From positions 4,092,001-4,156,000 of the forward strand of contig OX337229.1 in the NCBI GenBank assembly GCA_946965045.2: 64,000 nt of DNA, read 5' to 3'. The first letter of the stretch is position 1, and each line of letters opens with the position of its first letter. Of this stretch, positions 20,844 through 31,174 are shown in pieces. A model generated the notes under the pieces. It was given only the letters and a program-made list of their open reading frames with translations, made no database searches and was not told the DNA's origin. A program made the translations under genes and the position numbers. The stretch is from Epithemia pelagica. Taxonomy: Eukaryota > Protista > Bacillariophyta.

Positions 20844-22460
20844 ATGAAGGTTTGTGTGTATGGTATGATTCCTCGCAGATTCCAACCGAGACGTTGTTGT
20901 GGCTGTTGTCGTCGGTATGCCGTAACTTCCTCTGGTTGTTGTCGTCGTGTGCGTCGTTGGGCGTCCCCTGTATGGTTGGTCGGAATCCTCCTTGGAACAA
21001 TGATCATGTTCGCTACGAACTCATGTCCACGTGTTTCGGCATTTGGTATGCTCCATCCTCAACTGTTGGCGCTACCCTTGGGATCACGCCGCACCATGGC
21101 GTCCATCAAAACTCCTTGGTTTCGTATCCAGACAAACAACCAGGGAACCATGCTTCTGCCACCAATTCTGGGGACAGTGACACGACAACCGTTCCAATTG
21201 GTCAATCCTCCAACACGGTTGGAAGCTTCCATGTCGCAGGACGATGACGGTCGCCCATCCACGACAAGCCACAAGTTGCGCTACGGCAACGAATTGGTGG
21301 TGGTCATTCCAGCCTATAATGAACAAGGCCGGATTGGACCAACCTTACAGACCTATCATGACTACTTGTCCACCTCCTTGCCATCCTTGGCCTTGCAACA
21401 ACCCATTCTAGGAGGACACAAGGAGGACAATGTCCAGGAGACGAAGAATTGCAGGTCCACAACCACCTGGGAAGTAACGTCCTGTCGCATTTTGGTGGTG
21501 GACGATGGATCCGTGGACGATACGGTCCATGTTGTACAGCAAATGGCAAGGCAATTATCCGTGAATCATACGACCACCACCACCACCACGACAACAACAA
21601 ACAATACAGTTACACGACAACACGCTCCTGTCCCCATCGACTGTGTCTCCTTGCCACGCAATGGCGGTAAGGGAGCTGCCTTGGCCTATGGAATCCAAAC
21701 TATCATGGATCAGCATCAAAGACAAGAACGAGAACCTGTCCATCACATTGAGATAGATGACGACTGTACGATTTGCCACAAGAATACCATCGTTGTCACT
21801 ACCGATGCCGATGGGAGTGCTCCACCTCAGGGCATGGCTGATTTGTATCAAGCCATGTTGAATCAGTGTGGACGACCCAACGCACTACACGAGGAGTCGT
21901 CCTTGTGGGGGGAGGATTCCATTCCACCTCCTGTCATTGTGGCCGGATGTCGACGGTATGCCGATGCGGCACCCCTCCGTCGTTTGTTTCGATGGGGGTT
22001 TCGGACTCTAGTGCAATGGACCTTGAGTAGCAGCAAACAGAATCCAATTTCGTTTCTTCGTGCCATGTGGTTGGCTTTCCATGACCACGAAAAGGACGAC
22101 AAAGCCGACAAGAATCGTGGCATGCCAGTCGTTGTCGACAGTCAATGTGGCCTCAAATTGTTTTCGTCCGTCCAATTAGCGCAGATATTGTACCAGGACT
22201 TGCATGTCACGGGATGGAGTCACGACGTCGAAGTCTTGTATCGTGCCAGTCTCCTGGGGGGTGATGGCATTGCCATTGTCTCGCAAACCATTGATTGGAC
22301 CGACCAACCGGGCTCGAAATTGGAAGCCTCTCCGGGAGGAGTTGTGGCGGTCAGTGGACGCATGTTCTGGGATGTCCTACGCATTCCACAGTACTACCAT
22401 GGGAATCGAACCACGTCGGTTGGTTCCGTACCGGGATTGCTCGTCAAGGAAAGTACATAA
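20844..22460 (+). CDS. ALG5: GT2 dolichyl-phosphate beta-glucosyltransferase-like (copy 1)
   Basis: VVIPAYNE..RI, ILVVDDGSVDDT, NGGKGAAL, DADG, DSQCGLKLF, GWSHDVEVL, WTDQPGSKL. Start codon uncertain. Confidence 0.82.
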   Translation: MKVCVYGMIPRRFQPRRCCGCCRRYAVTSSGCCRRVRRWASPVWLVGILLGTMIMFATNSCPRVSAFGMLHPQLLALPLGSRRTMASIKTPWFRIQTNNQGTMLLPPILGTVTRQPFQLVNPPTRLEASMSQDDDGRPSTTSHKLRYGNELVVVIPAYNEQGRIGPTLQTYHDYLSTSLPSLALQQPILGGHKEDNVQETKNCRSTTTWEVTSCRILVVDDGSVDDTVHVVQQMARQLSVNHTTTTTTTTTTNNTVTRQHAPVPIDCVSLPRNGGKGAALAYGIQTIMDQHQRQEREPVHHIEIDDDCTICHKNTIVVTTDADGSAPPQGMADLYQAMLNQCGRPNALHEESSLWGEDSIPPPVIVAGCRRYADAAPLRRLFRWGFRTLVQWTLSSSKQNPISFLRAMWLAFHDHEKDDKADKNRGMPVVVDSQCGLKLFSSVQLAQILYQDLHVTGWSHDVEVLYRASLLGGDGIAIVSQTIDWTDQPGSKLEASPGGVVAVSGRMFWDVLRIPQYYHGNRTTSVGSVPGLLVKEST

Positions 22461-23055
22461 CGGACCGAAAAGCCTCCATGTTGATGGGACCACAAGTTTT
22501 GGAACTGTGCAATGCTCTTCTTCCCAAGGAACGACAAGGATTGTTAAAGTCAATCCACCCAAACGCACTCACATTTTGTTTGGATGGATACCGTTTTGGG
22601 CAATAGCGTCCAGCCTCCAAAACATACGCGTGGGGGATTCCAGTGCCCTGGTGTTGTTCCGTATGTGAAGAAGCATTGACTGACGATGATTTTGAACTAG
22701 AACATTACCTCTGGAGGTCAAGTATTAATCTAGTAGCAGATGCGATACTACGTTTCAACTGATCTTTCCACAATCAATGGGCATGGGGAAAGGTTGGAAA
22801 TACTCCTACTCCTTCGAAGGAACGGAGTTTACTCCTCATGTCAGGTAGGTTGCATAGAGCAGTCATGGGAAAAGGGAATTTGGTTCGTGTTGAATCCGAA
22901 CGCGCGCGGGAATGAAACAAGAGGCCGGAAAAAATGTTTCGCGTGTGACACCAATGTCGGAACAAGCACTTTGATGTCTATATAGGCTAATTAGTGTGGA
23001 ATTGGTGGAGTATAACGGTCACTAGCTAGTGCGTAGGATCGACTCCTAAGTGCTC

Positions 23056-23229
23056 TGAATAAATCCCGCCAACAGGTCGCATATTGGCGGATACATGGTC
23101 GCATATTGGCGAATATGCATCGCCTACATATGCTGCTACGCATCTAGTTTTCTAGTCATAATTTTGGTCTAGCCACTTGTTGCACGCCGTATACACCGTG
23201 TTGTAGCGTGTAGTGGCAGGATTTATACA
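23056..23229. mobile_element. 174-bp TG...CA non-autonomous element (MITE-like or short solo LTR) with 16-bp imperfect TIRs and GCTC TSD
   Basis: 5' end TGAATAAATCCCGCCA vs reverse complement of 3' end TGTATAAATCCTGCCA (14/16). GCTC at 23052-23055 and 23230-23233. The empty site AAGT-GCTC-CTCCTTT is seen at ~34531 and ~43757. Confidence 0.85.
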
Positions 23230-23401
23230 GCTCCTCCTTTTCCAGACCAACACACCGACCACAAGAGACAAACTTCCAGGCAGCACAGAAGGAAAACAAG
23301 GAGTAGTTCCAGTTCCATATTCCATCGGTAAGACAAGAATTTCGGGTGCCTGGATCATCTACTCGTATCCCATAGATCCTCATCAACCTAGGAACAGAAT
23401 C

Positions 23402-24379
23402 ATGTTTCCAACCGCCACGCCCCTTGTCACCACATCCTTGGTGGCTTCGGCTGCCGTGACAGCACCTGCCGCGACCATTCCCATTGTCGCTGCTAGTACG
23501 ATTCCCACACCAACTTCATACGCCACAGCAACTTCTAGTGCTTCGACGTCCACGTCACCTTCGACTGTGATGGCTCCTCCAATGGCTGGATTGGGAAAAA
23601 TTGAACCATCCAATGACAATCAGCCACAACACAACTCTTCTTCCATTACTACACCACCATCGTCGCAGTCGCCGCCTCCCCAAGGATTGAATGGTAGCAA
23701 CAACACCAACAAGTCTGCCGCTGCTCGTCGCATTGTCATTGTACCTCAACGAGCCGTGAACGGTGGTTTGGATTTCAAATTTGACTGTACTCATCCCGAT
23801 CGGAGCAAGGTGCATCATTTTAGTGCACAAGCTATTTCGACCTTGAGCATGGCCGATTACGAAGGCGCTATTCGACAAGTCAATGCCACCATCAAACCTG
23901 CTCGATCCACAGCCTTGGATACCGCTCTCTTGGTGACGGGTCCCTTTTGTGTCGTGCCCCTGGCTTTCTGGGCCGTGCGGCGTTCCCGACAATCCAAACA
24001 ACGCAAACACTTGTTGCAACAAGCTATTTGGGAATTCAATCAACAGTATGGACCTGAACTGTACATGAAATGGAACAAACGTACTAATGGACAAGAGGGA
24101 TATCTCAGTATTGAACAGATGGATGCAGCAGTCGTCGGAGGACCCCATAAACAACAAACACTACCACCACAAGCCGAAATGCATCCCCAACAACAAACAC
24201 TACCATCACATATGGCAGTGGTTACGACGAATATGCCATCATCACATATGTCGTCCTCAGTTCCGCCACAGCAGCATCACGCACGTCCTCCACCACGAAG
24301 TATTGGAAGAACGGCTATGGCCCCTTCTCATCCTTCTCAAGACACCAGGGCGTCAACGTTCCAGACCCGTGTGGTATGA
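23402..24379 (+). CDS. S/T/P-rich protein with probable Erf4/Golgin-A7-like domain (copy 1)
   Basis: IVIVPQR..DFKFD..LSMADYEGAIRQVN..hydrophobic/Cys segment..LLQQAIWEFNQQY..LYMKW. ORF preserved in both copies. Confidence 0.55.
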   Translation: MFPTATPLVTTSLVASAAVTAPAATIPIVAASTIPTPTSYATATSSASTSTSPSTVMAPPMAGLGKIEPSNDNQPQHNSSSITTPPSSQSPPPQGLNGSNNTNKSAAARRIVIVPQRAVNGGLDFKFDCTHPDRSKVHHFSAQAISTLSMADYEGAIRQVNATIKPARSTALDTALLVTGPFCVVPLAFWAVRRSRQSKQRKHLLQQAIWEFNQQYGPELYMKWNKRTNGQEGYLSIEQMDAAVVGGPHKQQTLPPQAEMHPQQQTLPSHMAVVTTNMPSSHMSSSVPPQQHHARPPPRSIGRTAMAPSHPSQDTRASTFQTRVV

Positions 24380-25171
24380 TACCGCCAACCAAAAAGCAAG
24401 CTCCAACAAGCGAGAAGCCATGATCATTCTTGCTGAGATTACACGCACCTTTGCGACCTTTCAATCGGTTCCACAACAGCAACTGGAGTCGTGGTCATTC
24501 ATCGCATAGCATTGGAAGTGTGCCGGACAAACTTGTGGCTTAGACAAGCCAAGACATTGTGAACCTGGCATGAGGTGCGACGATAAGATGAGACCGTTGG
24601 AGTGTCAGAAGGATGCTATTGATGCTACCACAAGAACAACAATGGAGAGTTGATTAACTCAGATTACAGCATGTGCCCACAAACAACTGGATGCTGTAAG
24701 CTATAACATTCATTGCTTGTTCTCCCTCCGTGAGTCCAATTTAGGGACTAGGTAGGTAGGTAGGTAGGTAACGACGTTGAATAGAAAGATGGCTTTGCCT
24801 TTGATGTGCTCCTACGAAAAAAAGGGAATAGTCTATTCTTCCAGCTGCCGCACGCACGCCGCAACGTGACACCGACCGACTGCCCTGGCGCCATCACTCG
24901 GAATCATGGAGCGGGGGGACAGCCCGCTTGTGACACAAGGGACAAGGGGCCACATAGACGAACCGCTTTTTCGGGCCCCACATCTAGCCCTCCCAACTAC
25001 CTTATCACAGTGGACTCGAACCCTGGACACCCAGGAACCGAGACCATCATGAGCAAAGGCTCGAACCACTCGACCAAGGTGGCTGGTTTGCGGCTGGAAA
25101 AAGATACAAATCGCTGAAGGGTCGTATTAGCTATTTTGCTCCTCGCTCTCGACAAAAAAAGAAGTAGCACA

Positions 25172-26956
25172 ATGATGATGATGATGGTCTCTGCATCAAC
25201 CACCACTAGATGCAACAAGAAACAGTCCGCTTCCTCTAGCATGTCGCGCAATTGTCAATCGGCTGGGGGGAAGCAACGATCCCGTTCTGCGCGTTGTTGG
25301 AATCGTCCAATGGTACCAAACCGGTTGCTGTTGTGGCCGCTACTTGTCATTGTCGGCTTCTCAATTGTTTGTCAGAACGTCATTCGACTATTTCATTCTT
25401 CGATCATAGACGAATATGGATGGCAACAAGAAATAACGGCAATGTTTGTGGCGAATCGTCATTTCGTAGACCCAGTCAATCTTACCTCATCTTTTGGTTT
25501 GCTGTCCTCGGTGGCTGCTCCCAAGTCGTCTTTCCATAATTCCATCTCAACCAATCTAGAACACAACCACAGATATCAACTTGATTGGGGCAGTATCAAT
25601 CGCGAAATGGAGAGGGCACGCATTGCATACAAAACGGAAAACAAAAATATCTTCTATCATTCATCTTTGCAATATTCGAATATTCCGCGAATTCTCATTT
25701 TCACCCACAAAACAAATCTGCTGAATCCAAAAGAGGCCGATCCTGGTGTGGCGGCAAAGTTTTTGCCCAACATTTGGAATACCATTCAAATCTACGTTTC
25801 AGCTTGGCAGGAACAACAGCAACAACATGATACGAAGAGAACCAAACGTACTGACAGCGCCTCCCAGAACAACCTTAACAACAAGGGCAATTTCCACCGC
25901 GATAAGCCTCGTGTATGGTTCTTGGACAATGATGAATGTTTGCGTGCGGTTGCCCTGGTGGAACCAAAACTCGTTCCCTTCGTCCAAGCTGAAGTTCGAG
26001 GAGATTTCAAAGCCGATGTTTGTCGGACTGTGGCCTTGTACTTGTCAGGTGGCTATTACATGGATGCCGATCTGCAAGTGATTCAAGCCATGTCGCCTGC
26101 CGCCCAGACTCGGTTTGTGACGGCCATGTCCAACGAAGCACGATTCTTTAATGCCATTGTTGCCGTGGCTCCACGTCATGCCATTTTGTACAATGCAATA
26201 CAAATCATGCTACATTATTATCAACTCCAGCAACAAGTATCCGCTCGACATTATGAGCGCAGTGGTGGTAAACGACAGTGGCAAAATAATCAAGGCGCCG
26301 AGTTTGACTTGGATCCCCATCATCGATCTCATTCCAAGGCGAAAGCTGCGGAAACGGCTAGTCAAACCTGGTGGAACTGCGCACGCGAGTTACAGGGCGA
26401 AGTCATGGTGAACTCGTTCTTTACAACCGATAATGGCACGCCAGTTGATCGTCAACCAGCGGTGTGCAACATGTTGGAAGGCGGTGGGACGTTTGGTTAC
26501 ATTGGTTGTTTTTCCCTCAAGGCGGCATACGATGCTCACTATAACCATGCAAACAATGGCGAGCAGGCAAGCAAGTCTGACTCCTTGTTGTTGTTGGAAG
26601 ATCGAATTCTTAGTCGTATTCAACAACAAGAAAGCTATCCAAAGGTTGAATTTCAAAATCATGGAGAGGGATGTTGTTGCAATTTTCTGGTACACGGTGG
26701 TGGTGGTGGTGGTGGTGGTGGTGGTGGTGGCAGCAGGAGGGAGCCACCAGCGCAACCCTCTTCATCATCGTTTGATGTAGACCGAGCCTATTTCTTTTCA
26801 CGTTTTGTCGGTGCCACAGACTTGTGCCGTGCCCCTACTGGTGTGACATCAAAACATCAATATCAGCAACTCCGAAAGACCCCACCTGCAGTAATGAACG
26901 ACGTGGAGTATTTTCACTTGCCTTACTTTGCTCTTGAAGATCTAGAAAAGCACTAG
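25172..26956 (+). CDS. GT32-like DXD glycosyltransferase, type II membrane (paralog A, copy 1)
   Basis: N-terminal TM (LLLWPLLVIVGFSIV), IPRILIFTH, WFLDNDEC, FKADVCR..ALYLSGGYYMDADL. Confidence 0.85.
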   Translation: MMMMMVSASTTTRCNKKQSASSSMSRNCQSAGGKQRSRSARCWNRPMVPNRLLLWPLLVIVGFSIVCQNVIRLFHSSIIDEYGWQQEITAMFVANRHFVDPVNLTSSFGLLSSVAAPKSSFHNSISTNLEHNHRYQLDWGSINREMERARIAYKTENKNIFYHSSLQYSNIPRILIFTHKTNLLNPKEADPGVAAKFLPNIWNTIQIYVSAWQEQQQQHDTKRTKRTDSASQNNLNNKGNFHRDKPRVWFLDNDECLRAVALVEPKLVPFVQAEVRGDFKADVCRTVALYLSGGYYMDADLQVIQAMSPAAQTRFVTAMSNEARFFNAIVAVAPRHAILYNAIQIMLHYYQLQQQVSARHYERSGGKRQWQNNQGAEFDLDPHHRSHSKAKAAETASQTWWNCARELQGEVMVNSFFTTDNGTPVDRQPAVCNMLEGGGTFGYIGCFSLKAAYDAHYNHANNGEQASKSDSLLLLEDRILSRIQQQESYPKVEFQNHGEGCCCNFLVHGGGGGGGGGGGGSRREPPAQPSSSSFDVDRAYFFSRFVGATDLCRAPTGVTSKHQYQQLRKTPPAVMNDVEYFHLPYFALEDLEKH

Positions 26957-27726
26957 AAAATGGGGGTAGAGCCTTGACATGAAAACGCTCCACCTTGCTC
27001 CCAGACCGAGTTTTCAATCAATCAAGCACAAACAAAAGCAAATGTGGTATCGCAATGATCATGAAGCAAAGGGTGGTTGAAGCAATCTGGTATTAGCGGC
27101 AGCACCGTCCTACCATGACCATCTACGTGGTCCTTTTTCTGCTGACAATGCCTATTTTTCGTCACGGCCTTTTGCCCTGTGTCGACTTCCTTTCAAGCCG
27201 CAGTATCATCAACAACAACACAACATTTCCTTGTGCAATCAGCAACTGTTGTGGAGTATTTTCATTTGGCTATTGCTGTCTTGTCGTTCCAGAGGAATGC
27301 GACAGACTGTTTGTGGACAACAAGGAAGATAACAAGGACAGGATTAGGCCAATCTGTGAAAGTTATCACGCCGTCCAGTGTAGAGGTACTACTCCTAGGA
27401 GAATACGGTGTAGTAGGAGTAGGACGATGAACTATGTGGCTATGACTCTAGCTATGGCTATTGTGAGTGTGAGAGGGAAAAAAAAGGGGTGAGATCTCGA
27501 CCGACTGCCCTGAGGAGGAGATACCGGACCCTTTCGGTCGCTCATTTTCTGTGTGCACCATACCAAATACCAAGTTCAAAATGGTCATAGGCTTCTCTCT
27601 TCATCTCACTTTTTCATAGAATATCTTCCCTAGAGCCTAGAGTGCTCGTTCTTGGTCCAGAACCATTCAATCGAACAAACAACGTAGAACACGGCGGAGC
27701 GTTTCGGCTTGTGGTTGAGATTTGAC

Positions 27727-28287
27727 ATGCGTATCATGGCATCAAGTGTTAGACGATTCCGTTCCAGGAAAATCGTCGGCAGTGACTGTTGTTCGGTCAA
27801 CCGTCCTCGAGATTCTGGCTTGTTGCACTCACAACGACAAAAATCTCGAACCTGGCGCGTCATCCTCATGTCGGCCTGTGTTGTCTGTGTCTTACTGACC
27901 TGGTTGATTCTGGTGATTTTAATCCTTTCAGTCTTCTCGTTTCGTTTCTCGCCCTTTGAGTGGTGGTCGTCTCGTGACGAAAAGATTCCCTTTCCAACGG
28001 TTCCGAGCAAGGATCGGTATCAACTCGACTGGAAGGAGGACAGAATAATTTACAACAGCAATACCACTCCTGCAATGTTTCATCATTCGTCCTTGGCACA
28101 TTCACGAATACCACAAATTCTCATTTTTACCCATTCCACCAACTTGTTGTCGGTCGACAATGAAGATGCAACACGCTACGGACCCAACATTTTGCGAAAT
28201 ATTGGGATGTACGTCAAGGCGTGGAATGAGCAATCTTTTGCTGAGATCAGCAATGACAACAACACAATATCAATACTACGCTCTTGA
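27727..28287 (+). pseudogene. 5' fragment (186 aa) of GT32-like paralog B, truncated at the duplication junction
   Basis: Translation is identical to 47941 onward up to NDNNT, then reads ISILRS* in BUD31 upstream sequence. The catalytic DXD region is absent. Confidence 0.9.
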
Positions 28288-28354
28288 AACATTTATTCTT
28301 GCCAAGTTCGGTTCGATAAAAGGTCAATTTGTGAGTTCGCCCACCCACCGCACC

Positions 28355-29335
28355 ATGCCTCTTCCCCAACGCTGGAATCAACGCAACAAAAAGCGCAAAA
28401 CAAAGGGTCCACCGGAGGGATTTGACTATGTGGAACCCGTCTTGGAAGCCTTGGAACAAGAATTACGAGATGTGGTGCAAGAACGGGATCCCACCAAACG
28501 AAAAACCGAAGCCATGTGGCCGGTTCATCAATTGAATTGGCAAAAATCCCGCTACATTTACGATTTGTATTACATTCATGGCCGAATTTCACGGCAGGTC
28601 TATCAATATTGTGTGGACCAGAAATATGTGGATGCCGCTTTGATTGCCAAATGGAAAAAACCGGGCTATGAAAAATTGTGCTCGACCTATGTCATCCATC
28701 CAAGTCACTACAAATTTGGGACCACCAGTATTTGTCGTGTGCCATACAAGGATCGTTCGGAAGCCCAACGAACTGTGGCAGATCCCACCACGGGTTGCTT
28801 GGGCTGTTTTTCCGGCAAGGACAGTCCCCGCAATATATTTGGTAACAAGTATGGACAACATTTGGCGGCCATTCAAATTGCTCGAGAAGAACGACGACAA
28901 CAACGACAAGCCGCCGCCGAAGCACAGGCTCAGGCGCAACAAGCCGAACAGGAACTTTTACAAGAACAACAAGAAGCGTTGAGACAACAACAGCAAGATG
29001 AAGACGAGGATGACGACGACGACGAACTCGAGGGTCCGGCACTTCCACCACCACCAACCACAACAACGCCCCAGCCAGAGGAGGACGATCCCCATGGCGA
29101 TGCGCCCACCGATGATGATGAGGATGGCAATGCCGAAACAGACGACGACGATGATGACGACGACAATGATTTTGGACCCTCCCCTGCTGCGGGTATATGG
29201 GCCGGCAGTCAAAAACTGGAACGCCAATCGCATGAACTCACCTATCCAGAGGAACAACAACAACAACAAGATGACGCGGGTGCCAACGACGACCCAGAAC
29301 GTCCATCGAAAATGGCTCGCCAACAAGTGAGTTGA
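28355..29335 (+). CDS. BUD31: BUD31 homolog (copy 2), retains only 88 bp of native upstream sequence
   Basis: Core identical in protein to copy 1; the tail differs by microsatellite indels and substitutions. Confidence 0.85.
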   Translation: MPLPQRWNQRNKKRKTKGPPEGFDYVEPVLEALEQELRDVVQERDPTKRKTEAMWPVHQLNWQKSRYIYDLYYIHGRISRQVYQYCVDQKYVDAALIAKWKKPGYEKLCSTYVIHPSHYKFGTTSICRVPYKDRSEAQRTVADPTTGCLGCFSGKDSPRNIFGNKYGQHLAAIQIAREERRQQRQAAAEAQAQAQQAEQELLQEQQEALRQQQQDEDEDDDDDELEGPALPPPPTTTTPQPEEDDPHGDAPTDDDEDGNAETDDDDDDDDNDFGPSPAAGIWAGSQKLERQSHELTYPEEQQQQQDDAGANDDPERPSKMARQQVS

Positions 29336-29622
29336 GACAGATGAAATTAAAGCAAGTGTGCTATGAATGGTGCAACTCTGTTTTGCGTTTTCTTGTGCGA
29401 GGGGGAAAAGCCGGATCACTATCATCACCTGCACAGTCATGACGTCGTTTGGAAACGAACCAGAACTTTCAACGATTGTACGACAATGTGGCTTGGTTTT
29501 AGAGGAGCATTTCCATAGGTTACGACGATTGCGTACTCTCAATCTCAATTCCTTGCAAACCGCAAAAAGGCATACTAATACTACCTAGTCCAGGGCGGGT
29601 GTTGAAAGAGTGGTTCATAATA

Positions 29623-31050
29623 CTAGGATTCCGCCGGGTAGACCTTTTGTTCTACGGCATTGTACCAGGTTTGCAAAATGGGATCTTGCGATTGGAAACA
29701 TTCTTCATGAATGTCCGTTCCGGCAATCCCCTTGAGAGCTCCATAGACTGCCAAATCACCCAAGTGTGGTTCTGACAAGCCGGACAAGAAAATCATCTTC
29801 TTGTCTTCCGGTTGTTGTGGTTGTTGAGTCGTCGTCGTTAAGTGCTGGACCAAGGTATGCAACTTGTCATTCAAGGCTTGCCGTTCGTTGTCAATCTTGT
29901 GCTTGCCTAGAGGGCAGAAGAACATAGATAAATATACACAAAGATGAATATGAGAAAAACGATGCAACACAAAACCAGTGAGAGACGAGTGAAACACACA
30001 CACACGTGAATGTTGTCGTAGGTTGTTGTAGGAACCCGGTCCATACTCTGTCTTCTAGAATCGGGCCGAACAAAACAACATGAGCAGTGTCAATCACACG
30101 CACGTACGTTTGACACGAGAGGCAGCCAAGTACATGGCCAAAGATCCAACCAATCGAATCGACCATTGTTGCACAATCGAAAATTGGGGTACCGTATGAA
30201 CATATTCAAAGGCGTAGTAGGATTTACTCAAGGTGGAGCACAAGTTGGGATACAACAAGACGGCCAATTCGGCATTGGCAAAGTGAATCCAATCTTGAGC
30301 CGTCTTGTTGCTGTTGTCGTTGGCCATGTCGGTTCCACAAAACTCGGACATGGTCATGGACGAAGACTTCCACTTGTCTTGCAACGCCTCTTTTACACTC
30401 TTGTGCTGCAACAAATGTTCGACAATGTCATCCGATCCCTTCCACACTTGCACAGTTTTGTCAGTGTCGTCGTTGGGGCTTGTTGTTGTCTGGTCGTCGT
30501 CGTCGTCTCTCTGAAATCGTGCCATGGGGACTTTGCGATAGTCCTTACTGGCCCAGGCCAATTCGGCTTTGGTCAAAGGATTGACTTCGTGTGCCTCGTA
30601 GGGAATGTTGGCATAGTGAAGAAAGGCCTTGGTTTTGTTGCAAAAGGGGCAAATGGCATATTGATAAAACTCCAAAGTTACATCATCCAACGGACTTGTT
30701 CTTGTGGTTGTTGTGAATGGGGTGGTGGTGGTTGTTGTTGTCTCGTTGTGGACCGTCGACGATGAGCCATAGCATCGAACTGTCACATGACGTTCCACAA
30801 AAGGAACCACATCCACTCGGCCATTCTTGTGCCTGTCAAATGGTGGGTGGGCATTCTTCTCATGACGACGGTGTGGTGGCCATTGGCGTGCCCCATCATC
30901 ATGACGATTCGTCGTTCCAGAAGACAAAGACAAGACCGACAAGGCTCTTCTCGCCGTCACACCAGTTGTGTTGGCACCCCAACAACTAGATTTTCCAAGC
31001 GATAACAAGGACATGGTGGCGGTGCTGCTTCTGGTCGGTGGTCGAAACAT
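29623..31050 (-). CDS. PTGES2: Prostaglandin E synthase 2-like, 2 exons (31050-30108, 29906-29623) (copy 2)
   Basis: Same CPFC motif and intron position as copy 1; the N-terminal presequence is more diverged. Confidence 0.86.
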
Positions 31051-31174
31051 GGTGATGACGAAATGATTCTGTGAGAGCGAGAATGACGAAATCTTGGGAT
31101 GGATTTCAGTCGCGGATTGTTTTCCAGGTAGGTCTCCAAAGCAGAGAAGAAACGGTCATATAGACACAACAACT

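Larger units (their letters stand above)
16700..28266. repeat. Tandem segmental duplication, copy A (~11.6 kb)
   Basis: Same gene order and near-identical sequence as 28267-48480; 16700 aligns to 28267 and 28267 aligns to 48481. Confidence 0.92.

Noticed and set aside
22600-22990. Short ORFs downstream of ALG5 (115 aa in copy B at 34109-34456), possible transposon relic
   Set aside because: The frame is broken by a 16-bp indel between copies, and no transposase or RT motif was recognisable.
26696-26730. (GGT)11 tract encoding poly-Gly in GT32-A
   Set aside because: Ordinary coding microsatellite; shorter and interrupted in copy 2.
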